Of a DNA stretch of 64,000 bases, positions 46,559 to 55,898 are shown one piece after another. The notes below the pieces were generated by a model. The model worked only from the letters and a program-made list of their open reading frames with translations, ran no database searches and was not told the origin of the DNA. Positions within the stretch are counted from its first letter, which is position 1. Every line of letters starts with the position of its first letter. The DNA is from Elusimicrobiota bacterium (GTDB lineage: Bacteria > Elusimicrobiota > Elusimicrobia > 2-01-FULL-59-12). The stretch spans positions 182,765-246,764 of the forward strand of contig JBAZWU010000001.1 of the NCBI GenBank assembly GCA_041660185.1, given 5' to 3'. Both the position numbers and the translations under genes were made by a program.

Positions 46559-47014
46559 TTAGTACGACGTCCACGGGCTGCTTTTCAGGTCATTGTGTGA
46601 ACAATTGACCACAAGACTCCCGTAGGTCGTTGACGTGGCGGAGTTGTCGTTGTTGTAGTACCACCCGCCGGCATCGCCGAGAGTGTTTACAACCGCCGCA
46701 CTGGTCCCATGTCCAGCACCATTGTTCGTGGTCCTCGGCAGGGTTGCCGATGGTATGGATTGCATGTATTTCTGCGCCGTTGTCAGCACAGCCAGGCTTG
46801 CTGCGGCTACTGGATAGACCCCTTCGTTATCTCCGTAATAAATAGATAACGCGGAGCGGATGGATCCCAGGTTCCCTTTCGTGGCTCCTTCTTGTGATTT
46901 GGACACCATGTTCGCGAATTGCGGAATCGCGATGGCGGCCAGGATACCAATGATAGCGACGACAATCATGAGTTCGATCAGGGTGAACCCTCGTTTGGAT
47001 TTCAAGTGACTCAT
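46559..47014 (-). CDS. pilA: Type IVa major pilin
   Basis: Leader MSHLKSKRG|FTLIELMIVVAIIGILAAIAIPQF (class III signal, Glu5). Start at the ATG 8 nt after AAGGAGG; the ORF-track GTG at 47023 is less likely. Confidence 0.9.
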   Translation of the reverse strand: MSHLKSKRGFTLIELMIVVAIIGILAAIAIPQFANMVSKSQEGATKGNLGSIRSALSIYYGDNEGVYPVAAASLAVLTTAQKYMQSIPSATLPRTTNNGAGHGTSAAVVNTLGDAGGWYYNNDNSATSTTYGSLVVNCSHNDLKSSPWTSY

Positions 47015-47056
47015 TCTTCTCACCTCCTTATGTTACTTTTTGTTTACTTCGTCGGA

Positions 47057-47085
47057 AGTTTATCACTCGCATGCGAGGCTGTCAA
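47057..47085 (-). promoter_or_regulatory. Near-consensus sigma70 promoter of pilA
   Basis: Minus strand TTGACA (47080-47085) -17 nt- TAAACT (47057-47062), about 40 nt upstream of the pilA ATG. Confidence 0.6.
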
Positions 47086-47169
47086 GCTGAACGATGATTG
47101 TTCGATGGGAATTTACACCGTCCCGCGGATGTAACCAAAGGCGCCAAAGACGCAAAATCCGTATCGTTA

Positions 47170-48402
47170 TTACTTATCGACGAGAGAACTCATCTGGAAA
47201 ATCGGCAAAAACATGCAAATCACAATGGCCCCGATGACCACTCCCATGACGCAGATAATGACCGGCTCGATCAGCGACGTCATCGCTTTAACGGCGGTAT
47301 CCACTTCCTGATCGTAAAAATCAGCGATTTTGGCCAGCATGGTTTCCAGGTTCCCGGTTTCTTCTCCAACGGAAATCATTTGAATCACCATCGCCGGGAA
47401 AATACCGGATTCCTTCAGAGGATCGGCGATTTTTTCTCCTTCCCGGATCGATTCCCGGCACTTCATAATGGCGTTTTCAACAACTCGATTGCCCGATGTT
47501 TTCGCTACGGTATCCAATGCCTGCAGAATCGGAACACCGGATTTGATCAGCGTCCCCAGCGTTCGCGACAGCTTGGAAACAGCGACTTTCTTAAGTAAAT
47601 CGCCTATCACCGGCAGGCGGATCAATAGACTGTCAATCACCAGGCGGCCTTTTTCAGTCTTATACCATCTGGATATCCCGACAAAGACCCCGATCGGGAG
47701 GGTTAGTAAAAACAAGAAATAGCTTCTGATGAAATCCGAGACCGTCAGCAATATTTGTGTAGGCAAGGGGAGTCCAGCGCCAAAACTGGCAAAGACGGTC
47801 TTGAACGTCGGGATGACCGCCACCAGCAGGAACAGAGTGACCGCGCTCGCCACGCCGCTCACGACCAGGGGGTACACCATGGCGCCTTTCACTTTCCCGC
47901 GGAGTTCCTCCGCGGCTTCGAGATAGGACGAAAGACGTTCCAGGATGCTGTCCAGTACGCCTCCTGTTTCTCCAGCCCGTATCATGGAAACGTAGAGTTC
48001 CGAAAAAGCTTTGGGATGCTTTCTCATCGCATCCGCGATGGCAATTCCGCTTTCGATATCAGTCCGTACGGTGGTTGCAATCCGTTTGAAAACAGGGCTT
48101 TGGATCTGCTCCGTCAAAATGTTTAATCCTTGCACAATCGGCACGCCCGCTGAAACCAGCGTCGCCAGCTGCCGGCTGAAAATCACCAGGTCCTTGCTTT
48201 TGACCCCCCCCTCGAACAGAGACAATTTACTCAACAGGCTCCCGGCGGGTTTGACTTCGGCCACCGACATCACCGTCATCCGTTGGGTGCGGAGTTTCTC
48301 CATGGCGGCGCGTTGGACTTGCGCGTCGATTACCCCTTCAACGACTTTGCCGGCGGTTGTGCGTGCGGTATAGCGGAACTGGGGCATAAACGGTCCTCTC
48401 AA
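47170..48402 (-). CDS. pilC: Type IV pilus platform protein PilC (T2SS-F family)
   Basis: Two T2SSF repeats, three TM segments, about 400 aa. Synteny between pilT and pilA. Confidence 0.85.
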   Translation of the reverse strand: MRGPFMPQFRYTARTTAGKVVEGVIDAQVQRAAMEKLRTQRMTVMSVAEVKPAGSLLSKLSLFEGGVKSKDLVIFSRQLATLVSAGVPIVQGLNILTEQIQSPVFKRIATTVRTDIESGIAIADAMRKHPKAFSELYVSMIRAGETGGVLDSILERLSSYLEAAEELRGKVKGAMVYPLVVSGVASAVTLFLLVAVIPTFKTVFASFGAGLPLPTQILLTVSDFIRSYFLFLLTLPIGVFVGISRWYKTEKGRLVIDSLLIRLPVIGDLLKKVAVSKLSRTLGTLIKSGVPILQALDTVAKTSGNRVVENAIMKCRESIREGEKIADPLKESGIFPAMVIQMISVGEETGNLETMLAKIADFYDQEVDTAVKAMTSLIEPVIICVMGVVIGAIVICMFLPIFQMSSLVDK

Positions 48403-48414
48403 TCTAATCTAAAT

Positions 48415-49548
48415 CTAATGAGCTCCATTGCCTGTTCGCGAATCATTTCCTCGCTGCATCAGCCGTTTGATATCGTCCGGGTCGCAGGAAGCTCCGAGAG
48501 CTTCCTGAAAACTGATGACATGGCGAAGATAAAGATCGTTTAAGGACATATTCATCGTCTGCATCCCATGCTTGGCGCCGGTTTGCATGGAAATAATGAT
48601 CTGTTCTGTTTTGGCTTCGCGGATCAGATTCCGGATGGCCGGGGTGACGATCAAGACCTCCACCGCCAGCGCGCGTCCGACGCCGTTGATGTGGGGCAAA
48701 AGTTGCTGGCTGAAAACCGCCTGAAGAACAAAAGAAACCTGGGTGCGGACCTGCGCCTGCTGATGGGGCGGGAAAACGTCGATCATGCGGTTAATTGACT
48801 GCGCCGCATCGGTCGTGTGCAACGTGGCGAACACCAAATGACCTGTTTCAGCGATGTTGATGGCCGCCTGAACAGTTTCCGTGTCGCGCATTTCGCCGAT
48901 CAAAATGATATCCGGATCTTGCCGCAGGACATATTTCAAGGCCTGTCCAAAAGAGGTCGTATCCCCCCCCACTTCGCGCTGGTTGACGATTGATTTCTTG
49001 TGATAATGAACGAATTCGATCGGGTCTTCGATGGTCACAATATGTCCCTGGATGGTTTGGTTCAGGTTGTCGATCATGGAGGCCAGCGTCGTGGATTTTC
49101 CCGAACCGGTCGGTCCCGTGACCAGGATCAGTCCTTTCGGAATTTTCAGGACGTCGTAACTGATGGGCGGCAACCCCAATTCGTCGAGGGATTGGATTTT
49201 TTGCGGGATGGAACGAAGCGCGGCGCCAATGGCGCCGCGCTGGCGGAAAACGTTCATCCGGATGCGGCCGACATTCTTGATGCCAAAGGAAATGTCCAGT
49301 TCATTGACGGACTCGAATCGTTGCTTCTGGGTATCGGTCAACAGGGAATAAATTAGATGCTGGCAGATTTCGGCCGTCAATTTTGGAAAATTGGTCGGCA
49401 CAACGATCCCATCAATCCGCAGCATGGGCGGGCAGCCGACCGTAATATGCAGGTCCGAGGCATTTCTCTCGATCATCGTGCGCAAGAGTTCCGACATGTC
49501 GATAATCGTCGGGGCGGGGCTGGAATCGTTCGTTGGGCCGGTAGCCAT
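48415..49548 (-). CDS. pilT: Twitching-motility retraction ATPase PilT
   Basis: Walker A GPTGSGKST. Asp/His boxes. PilT signature AIRNLIRE. About 350-aa core. Confidence 0.9.
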   Translation of the reverse strand: MATGPTNDSSPAPTIIDMSELLRTMIERNASDLHITVGCPPMLRIDGIVVPTNFPKLTAEICQHLIYSLLTDTQKQRFESVNELDISFGIKNVGRIRMNVFRQRGAIGAALRSIPQKIQSLDELGLPPISYDVLKIPKGLILVTGPTGSGKSTTLASMIDNLNQTIQGHIVTIEDPIEFVHYHKKSIVNQREVGGDTTSFGQALKYVLRQDPDIILIGEMRDTETVQAAINIAETGHLVFATLHTTDAAQSINRMIDVFPPHQQAQVRTQVSFVLQAVFSQQLLPHINGVGRALAVEVLIVTPAIRNLIREAKTEQIIISMQTGAKHGMQTMNMSLNDLYLRHVISFQEALGASCDPDDIKRLMQRGNDSRTGNGAH

Positions 49549-49549
49549 G

Positions 49550-50572
49550 TTAATCTCCTGGAGTCTTCGCGGCTTGAGCTTGAAGACTGGTCAGCGCAAT
49601 CATATCGAGCACGTCTTCCACGGAACAGCCACGGGAAAGATCGTTCGCCGGTTGTGCGGTCCCCCAAAGGACGGGACCCACCGCCCGGCATCCTCCCAGT
49701 CGTTGCACCAGTTTGTAGGCAATATTGCCGCAATTCAAGTCCGGAACAATTAAAACGTTGGCTTGGCCGGCCATCGGAGAATCCCCTGCTCCCTTGATCC
49801 CGGCGCTAAAGACGTCTAAAGCGGTATCTCCCTGCCATTCCCCGTCAATCGAAAGATGGGGTGCTTTCTCGCGGGCCAATTCCGTCGCTCGACGAACTTT
49901 ATCAATCAGGACATGCTGAGCGCTTCCCCTCGTGGAAAACGAAAGAAAAGCGACACGGGCTTGCTGCCCGGTAAAAAACGTGTAAGCTTCGGCGGAACGA
50001 ATGCCGATGTCCGCCAATTGTTTAGAAGAGGGGTCCGGGATTACCGCGCCATCGGCCAAGAGGACCAGCGATTTCGGCGAACGATGGGTTTGACGCTCGA
50101 TCAAGAAAAGTCCAAATAGAATGCCGGCACGCGCCGCCAGGCCCGTGACCGAGAAAACAGCGCGCAGCGTATCGGCGGTTGTCCGAGTGGCCCCGCCGAT
50201 AAAACCGTCGGCTTGCCCTCTCTTCAAATAGAGACATCCAAGAAGGAGTGGATCCTGCAGGCGTCGGCGCGCTTCGCGGCGGGACAGGTCTTTGAAATGG
50301 GGGCAGCTTAAAAGGTCATCCAGTAACTCGTTTTCGTTCCGGTCGATATACGTGCTCGGGTCAATCGCCTGGAGCGGGAACCCATCGGCATGGGCGGACC
50401 AGACGCTGTCCATCTGAATCGGGTCTCCGATCAGAACCGGTTCCGCAATCCGTTCATTTTTGGCAATGGCCGCGGCTTGAATCACCCGCGGATCTTCGCC
50501 ATCCGCCAGAACAATACGTTGCGGAGAGCGCGAGGCCTTTTGACGGAATTCATGCCATGAATCAATCATCAC
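49550..50572 (-). CDS. pta: Phosphate acetyl/butyryl-transferase (PTA_PTB family)
   Basis: RIVLADGEDPRVIQAA..PVLIGD N-terminus and NVLIVPDLNCGNIAYKL C-terminal motif. Confidence 0.7.
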   Translation of the reverse strand: MMIDSWHEFRQKASRSPQRIVLADGEDPRVIQAAAIAKNERIAEPVLIGDPIQMDSVWSAHADGFPLQAIDPSTYIDRNENELLDDLLSCPHFKDLSRREARRRLQDPLLLGCLYLKRGQADGFIGGATRTTADTLRAVFSVTGLAARAGILFGLFLIERQTHRSPKSLVLLADGAVIPDPSSKQLADIGIRSAEAYTFFTGQQARVAFLSFSTRGSAQHVLIDKVRRATELAREKAPHLSIDGEWQGDTALDVFSAGIKGAGDSPMAGQANVLIVPDLNCGNIAYKLVQRLGGCRAVGPVLWGTAQPANDLSRGCSVEDVLDMIALTSLQAQAAKTPGD

Positions 50573-50646
50573 GGTCTGATTGTTAACAGGACTTTAGAAG
50601 CTTGTCAATAGGAGGTTGTTCGCGGAGGAAAGGATTTGGTTCGGGG

Positions 50647-51126
50647 CTAGCGCAGTCGCAGCTTCAGAGCCTTCTCGACGACAGAAGGAACCAGCCCTTT
50701 GACGTTCCCCCCCAGCAGAGAAATTTCGCGAACCAGGCTGGAAGAGAGATAGGTGTATTTCTCGTCCGGCATCAGGAAAACCGTTTCGAAGCGCGTACTT
50801 TGACGGCGATTCATGAGCGCCATTTGAAATTCATATTCAAAATCGGAGATCACCCTCAGGCCGCGGATAATCGCTGAGGCCCCTCTCTGCTTCGCGTAGT
50901 GAATGAGGAGCCCTGAAAAGGTTTCGATCTTCACGCGGCGGTTGCCCCGTAAAGCGGTTTGAAGGAAAGTGATTCGTTCTTCCAGGCTGAAGAAAGGTGA
51001 TTTGTGCGGGTTACGGGTCACGGCCACAATGAGGTGGTCGAAAAGATGCTGACCGCGTTCGATGATATCCAGGTGCCCGTTGGTGACTGGATCAAATGAG
51101 CCCGGATAGATGGCCAATCGTTTCAT
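50647..51126 (-). CDS. coaD: Phosphopantetheine adenylyltransferase
   Basis: YPGSFDPVTNGHLDII (HxGH). ISSSLVRE-type motif LSSSLVREI. Confidence 0.95.
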   Translation of the reverse strand: MKRLAIYPGSFDPVTNGHLDIIERGQHLFDHLIVAVTRNPHKSPFFSLEERITFLQTALRGNRRVKIETFSGLLIHYAKQRGASAIIRGLRVISDFEYEFQMALMNRRQSTRFETVFLMPDEKYTYLSSSLVREISLLGGNVKGLVPSVVEKALKLRLR

Positions 51127-51138
51127 AAAGCAATCATA

Positions 51139-53289
51139 TCATCCGGTGGATCCGAGGCGCCACCGGCTGGCGTAGTCTCGCTGAACGGCTTGCCGGATGG
51201 GTTGATGGTCGGCCCGTCGAAGCGATGGGTCCTGTTTGAGCATTTCCTGCGCGGCTACGCGCGCTTCCTGAATGAGCCGGGCATCGTCGATCAGATGCCC
51301 CACTTTGAACACGGGAAGCCCATGTTGCTGCACCCCCATCACCTCTCCGGGCCCCCGAAGCGCGAGATCTTCTTCACTCAGCCGGAAACCATCGGTCGTC
51401 ACCGTCATGATTTCAATCCGCCGCCGGGCCTCATCCGTGCGCGGATCCGCGATGAGCAGGCACTGGGAACGGCTGGTCCCCCGCCCGACGCGGCCTCTGA
51501 GCTGATGGAGCGTTGATAACCCAAATCGCTCGGCATGCTGAATCGCCATTACGGTCGCGTTGGGGATATCGATCCCCACTTCGATAATGGAAGTGGCGAT
51601 CAGGATATCCAACTCCTGCCTTCGAAAGCGCTGCATCATCGCGTCCTTATCTTTGCTGGGCATTTGCCCATGCAGCAATCCAACCCGTAAATCTCGAAAG
51701 ACCGATTGGCGTAGCGACGTGGCTTCTTGAACAGCGGCTTTCAACTCCAGTTTGTCTGATTCCGTTACCAACGGGAAAACAATATAGGCCTGGCGATTTC
51801 GGGAAACCGCCTCGCGAATGCGTGCATAGGCCTCCGGTTCCGACACATGGAGCGTATCGATGGGTGTCCGGCCCGGCGGCAACTCATCCAGGATGGAAAC
51901 GTCCAAATCTCCATAAAGCGTCAAAGCTAAAGTTCGCGGAATGGGAGTCGCTGTCATCACCAGCACATCCGGCGATGTGCCTTTTTGTCGCAAAAGGCTG
52001 CGATGTTCGACACCGAACCGATGTTGCTCGTCAATGACAGCCAGCATGAGTCGTGAAAATTGAACAGGTTTTTCAATCAAGGCGTGCGTGCCGATGACCA
52101 GATCCATCCGTCCGGCTGCGATGTCCTGCAGGCAGGCCCGGCGTTGGGCTGGTGTTTGGCGGCCGGTGATCAGGCAGGAGCGAACCGGCAATCCTTGAAG
52201 GAAGCGAGAAAGGGTCAAGGCGTGTTGCTCCGCCAGAATTTCTGTCGGGGCCATGAGAACGGCCTGCCCTCCGTTTTCAACCGCCAGAAGCATGGCGGAA
52301 AGCGCGACCAGCGTTTTGCCGCTTCCGACATCTCCCTGCAGGAGGCGATTCATCGGGAAAGGCGACATCATGTCATCGAAGACGTCCCGAATCACGCGTT
52401 TTTGAGCCTGGGTGAAGTCAAAGCCAAGATTTTCGCGAAAAGGGGTCAGGATTTTTCGTTGCAGTTCGTACCGATGGGGTTTAGGGTCTTTTTTGATCGC
52501 CGTTCGTAAAAGGCCGAGAGCGGTTTCAAGAACAAAGAACTCTTCAAAGGCCAGCGCCTGCCGGGCCTTTTCTTTTTCAACGAGAGAAGCGGGAAAATGG
52601 ATCTTCTGGAGAGCCCAAGTTTTTTTGATCCCAGCATTTTTTCGCCGGAGCCATTCAGGGACCAGATCGATGACCGGATAGGCGAGGTTGGATAGAACGC
52701 GGCCGATGAGGGTTCGCAGCAGGCGTTCGCTGATTCCTTCCGGAGCGGTATAAAGAGGAACGATCCGGTCAAAGTGGAAGGCCTCCTCTCCCTCGAGAGT
52801 TCCTTTCAAACCGGTGCATACAGACATCTCTTCAACCCGGATTTGCCGTCCGGCAAGCCCCCATTCCAGAAGGCCGAAGACCGCCACCCAACGTCCGGGT
52901 TGCAAGGCTTTCTGCAGGGACGAAAAAACGTCATACCGTGGATTTAATTTTTTAAACCAGACCGCCTGGAGGGTCCCCGTTGCATCGTCCAGGGTGGCGA
53001 TGGCCACCCCGAGATTTTTGCGGGTGGTGGAGAAATCCGCCCGTTGCACTTGAGCGCGAAGGGCGATTTTCTCCCCCATCGGGGCATGCCGGATGGTATG
53101 GAGAAATCGCCGGTCCTCCCAGGCGCGTGGAAAGGTGGTGATCAAGTCCTCCTTTTCCACAATGCCTCGTTCCGCCAGGACCTGCGCGCGGACCGGGCCG
53201 ACGCCCTTCAGGTATTGAAGCGGGCGGCTCTTGCTTTGTCCGACGGAATCTGCCAAAATAACGGGGCTCAAATTTCGTGAAGGAGTCAT
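51139..53289 (-). CDS. recG: ATP-dependent DNA helicase RecG
   Basis: LKGVGP wedge-domain N-terminus. Walker A GDVGSGKT. DEQHRFG. LHGQM..K motif. TSIIEVGIDIPNATVM. Confidence 0.95.
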   Translation of the reverse strand: MTPSRNLSPVILADSVGQSKSRPLQYLKGVGPVRAQVLAERGIVEKEDLITTFPRAWEDRRFLHTIRHAPMGEKIALRAQVQRADFSTTRKNLGVAIATLDDATGTLQAVWFKKLNPRYDVFSSLQKALQPGRWVAVFGLLEWGLAGRQIRVEEMSVCTGLKGTLEGEEAFHFDRIVPLYTAPEGISERLLRTLIGRVLSNLAYPVIDLVPEWLRRKNAGIKKTWALQKIHFPASLVEKEKARQALAFEEFFVLETALGLLRTAIKKDPKPHRYELQRKILTPFRENLGFDFTQAQKRVIRDVFDDMMSPFPMNRLLQGDVGSGKTLVALSAMLLAVENGGQAVLMAPTEILAEQHALTLSRFLQGLPVRSCLITGRQTPAQRRACLQDIAAGRMDLVIGTHALIEKPVQFSRLMLAVIDEQHRFGVEHRSLLRQKGTSPDVLVMTATPIPRTLALTLYGDLDVSILDELPPGRTPIDTLHVSEPEAYARIREAVSRNRQAYIVFPLVTESDKLELKAAVQEATSLRQSVFRDLRVGLLHGQMPSKDKDAMMQRFRRQELDILIATSIIEVGIDIPNATVMAIQHAERFGLSTLHQLRGRVGRGTSRSQCLLIADPRTDEARRRIEIMTVTTDGFRLSEEDLALRGPGEVMGVQQHGLPVFKVGHLIDDARLIQEARVAAQEMLKQDPSLRRADHQPIRQAVQRDYASRWRLGSTG

Positions 53290-53291
53290 TT

Positions 53292-53504
53292 ATGGCGTTA
53301 CGCTGTGTCGTTTGTGGCAAAGGACCTGTGGCTGGAAAATCGATCAGTCATTCTCATAAAACGTCCAACCGGCGTTTCCTGCCGAATGTTCATAAGGTCA
53401 AAGTTCTGCTGAACGGGCGTCCTCAGCGGGTGAAAGTCTGCTCGCGTTGCCTGCGTTCCCGCAAAGTCAGCAAAGTCGGTCCTCGACAACTTTCCGCCGC
53501 TTAA
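53292..53504 (+). CDS. rpmB: 50S ribosomal protein L28
   Basis: MALRCVVCGKGPVAGKSISHSHKTSNRRFLPN is the canonical L28 N-terminus. AGGAG lies 6 nt upstream of the chosen ATG. Confidence 0.9.
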   Translation: MALRCVVCGKGPVAGKSISHSHKTSNRRFLPNVHKVKVLLNGRPQRVKVCSRCLRSRKVSKVGPRQLSAA

Positions 53505-53513
53505 ATCATTTGC

Positions 53514-54299
53514 TTATCGTGAAACGGGCGTCACCGTCCCGGCCACCGGGCTAGACGGCGATGCGAGTTGCTTCTTAGGCATTCGGCCGGAGAGATACGC
53601 CAGACGGCCGGCTTCAACCCCCAGTTTCATGGCGCGGGCCATTTGAACCGGATCTTGCGCCTCCGCCACAGCGGTATTCATCAGAACTGCCGCCGCTCCC
53701 AGTTCCATCGCCACCGCCGCGTCTGAAGCCGTTCCCACGCCGGCATCCACAATCACAGGTACTTTGGATTGTTCGAGAATCAGCCGTACCGGCAGAGGGT
53801 TCAATATCCCCTGCCCGCTTCCAATCGGGGCGGCCAAAGGCATGATCGTGGCCGCTCCGGCTTCTTCAAGACGCCGGGCGATGATGGGATCATCACTCGT
53901 GTAGGGGAGAACCGTGAAGCCTTCTTTAACCAGAATTTTTGTGGCCTGCAGCGTGGCTTCAACGTCCGGAAAAAGGCTTTTAGGGTCGCCGATCACTTCA
54001 AGCTTTATCAAATCAGTTTCAAGCATTTCCCTCGCCAGATGCGCGGTCCGGATGGCGTCGTCCGCTGTATAGCATCCGGCGGTGTTCGGCAGGATCGGCA
54101 GGCCTTTGGGGAGGTAGCTCCAGAACGATTGGGACGATCGATCGTTCAGATCCACCCGGCGGATCGCCACGGTCACCATGGCGGGTTCAGCCGCTTCCAG
54201 CGCTTGGCGCATCAACTCAAATGTTTTGTACTTTCCTGTTCCTAAAATAAGGCGGGATGTATATGTTTTCCCGGCAATGACAAGCGGTAAATCTTGCAT
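53514..54299 (-). CDS. thiG: Thiazole synthase ThiG
   Basis: [16 protein letters not shown] (Schiff-base Lys) and PIGSGQG motifs. Confidence 0.95.
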   Translation of the reverse strand: MQDLPLVIAGKTYTSRLILGTGKYKTFELMRQALEAAEPAMVTVAIRRVDLNDRSSQSFWSYLPKGLPILPNTAGCYTADDAIRTAHLAREMLETDLIKLEVIGDPKSLFPDVEATLQATKILVKEGFTVLPYTSDDPIIARRLEEAGAATIMPLAAPIGSGQGILNPLPVRLILEQSKVPVIVDAGVGTASDAAVAMELGAAAVLMNTAVAEAQDPVQMARAMKLGVEAGRLAYLSGRMPKKQLASPSSPVAGTVTPVSR

Positions 54300-54304
54300 A
54301 ACTC

Positions 54305-54505
54305 TTAGCCTCCCCCGATGGCCTGAATAACTTCGACGGTATCCCCTTCTTTCAGCGGGGTCCCCGCATAAAAAGCGCGTTTAACGATTTTTAAATTGAC
54401 CTCACAGGCTACGCGTCCGGTCTGGATCTGCAAGGAGTCCAAAAGCTGTTGGACGGTCATTGGCCCGCTCAGCTCTTTGGTTTCCCCGTTGAGAGTGATT
54501 TTCAT
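54305..54505 (-). CDS. thiS: Sulfur-carrier protein ThiS
   Basis: 66 aa. MKITLNGE start. C-terminal ..IGGG. Adjacent to thiG. Confidence 0.9.
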   Translation of the reverse strand: MKITLNGETKELSGPMTVQQLLDSLQIQTGRVACEVNLKIVKRAFYAGTPLKEGDTVEVIQAIGGG

Positions 54506-54513
54506 TTTTCTCC

Positions 54514-54584
54514 GTCATCCCCCGCAGGTTCTGGCGGGGGATCAATGCGTCAATGATGGATCCGCCAGACGTCTGGCGGATGAC
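54514..54584. repeat. Nested-palindrome REP/MITE-like element, copy D
   Basis: GTCATCCCCCGC-aggttctg-GCGGGGGATC ... CAATGATGGATCCGCCAG-acgt-CTGGCGGATGAC. Fills the DUF167-thiS gap. Confidence 0.8.
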
Positions 54585-54597
54585 GACTGTTGGAAAA

Positions 54598-54840
54598 TTA
54601 TAGCACAGCCACGATTTTGGCTGGCGAATGAGCTCCCTTCACAATCCACAATTTTCCCGTTGGGAGGGTCAGGGTCTGGCTCAGGAGGTTTAACGCAGCG
54701 GTGTTCGCCCGGCCGTCGCTGGCCGGGGCTTTGACTTCAATCAGAAAGGAATCCGGTCCGGTCGCCTGAATCTGGTTTCGTTTACTTCCCGCGCGGACCT
54801 TGATTTTGAGAAAGCGTGACGGCGTGCGGGAGGACGTCAT
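54598..54840 (-). CDS. DUF167 (YggU/UPF0235) family protein
   Basis: 80 aa. Pattern L.I.V.AGSKRN.I.......L.I.V.APA.DG.AN.A...LLS..L is typical of DUF167. Confidence 0.7.
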   Translation of the reverse strand: MTSSRTPSRFLKIKVRAGSKRNQIQATGPDSFLIEVKAPASDGRANTAALNLLSQTLTLPTGKLWIVKGAHSPAKIVAVL

Positions 54841-55634
54841 CGGAGAGACAGGACAAACTCGCTTACGTGGCGGTTAAAGTCTGCCGGGTTTTCGAGGTTG
54901 CTCATGTGTCCGGCACCCGGGATCATATGCATTTTTGATCCTCGAATCTGTTGTTGCATGGCGCCGGCCGCGGAAGGGGGTGTCATTCCGTCTTTCTCAC
55001 CCACTAAAATCAAAGTGGGGACCTGGATGGCGGCCAGTGACGGGGTGGTATCCGTCCGCGAAGCGAGTGCCAGAAGGGTGCCGCAAATTCCAAGAGGTGA
55101 ATTTTTCCGGATCATTTGGCGGACGTTATCGATAACCTCCGGCCGCGCGCGAAAGCTTTCTGGCGCAAAAAGTCCTTTAAGAAACTCTTCCGCAAAAACA
55201 GAGACTCCGTCTTTCTGAATCGTCTTGATCTGGGAAGCACGCTTGATTTTGGCTTCGTTGGAATCGGCTTCGCTGCGCGTATCGCAGAGGACAAGGGCTT
55301 GAAAACGGCTGGGGTCTCGCTCGATGGCTCTGAGGGCAACATAGCCGCCCATGGAAAGGCCGCAGACAATCGCTTTGGGGATCGTCAAAACGTCCAATAA
55401 CGCGAAGAAATCATCCACCAGAAATTCGAGCGTGAACGGCCCGTTGCCGGTTTCGCTTTGGCCGTGCCCGCGTTGGTCGTAGGCGATGACGCGGCAATCC
55501 TTTTTGAGAAAATCAAATTGCGGTTGCCACATCGTGTGGTTAAAAGGAAATCCGTGAAGGAAAATCAGCGGGACAGCCGAGGGATGACCTTGAGTAGCGT
55601 AGAAAAACGTTAAACCATTGAGACGAACGCCCAT
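54837..55634 (-). CDS. Alpha/beta-fold hydrolase
   Basis: HGFPFNHTMW oxyanion region. Nucleophile elbow GLSMGG. C-terminal GAGHMSNLE His motif. Confidence 0.8.
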   Translation of the reverse strand: MGVRLNGLTFFYATQGHPSAVPLIFLHGFPFNHTMWQPQFDFLKKDCRVIAYDQRGHGQSETGNGPFTLEFLVDDFFALLDVLTIPKAIVCGLSMGGYVALRAIERDPSRFQALVLCDTRSEADSNEAKIKRASQIKTIQKDGVSVFAEEFLKGLFAPESFRARPEVIDNVRQMIRKNSPLGICGTLLALASRTDTTPSLAAIQVPTLILVGEKDGMTPPSAAGAMQQQIRGSKMHMIPGAGHMSNLENPADFNRHVSEFVLSLR

Positions 55635-55637
55635 GCA

Positions 55638-55898
55638 TCAAATCTTAGCATTTCGAAAACTTTCGGCTACGAAGTGGAACACAGCCAAACGAGGCCGGGA
55701 AAGCCGATGCGCGTGATCTCTCTGATAGTCAGTCCAGGCCATCAGGCCATACTCGCCCACAAAACACAAAAATGAAAGCGCCAAGCCGAAAAGGCAAAAC
55801 ATCCGGACCGTAGGACCGTCAAAAAAAGGAATCTGTTGGGTGCGAAGAATAACGGTGAGGCTGGATGGAAACAGTAGAGTTAAGCCAAATCGCAACAT
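55638..55898 (-). CDS. Small hypothetical membrane protein (2 TM)
   Basis: ORF only, with two hydrophobic segments. Tightly spaced (3 nt) with the downstream hydrolase gene. Confidence 0.3.
   Translation of the reverse strand: MLRFGLTLLFPSSLTVILRTQQIPFFDGPTVRMFCLFGLALSFLCFVGEYGLMAWTDYQRDHAHRLSRPRLAVFHFVAESFRNAKI

Noticed and set aside
47131-47146. Sigma54-like TGGCGC-N-TTAC motif upstream of pilA
   Set aside because: The GG to -12 element spacing is off by one, and the -12 element is TTAC rather than TTGC. A near-consensus sigma70 TTGACA-17-TAAACT lies closer to the gene and is the better candidate.
54506-54597. TPP (THI-box) riboswitch upstream of thiS
   Set aside because: The gap is almost entirely occupied by repeat copy D. 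I find no CUGAGA / ACCUGAUCUGGAUAAUGCCAGCG-like core on the minus strand.
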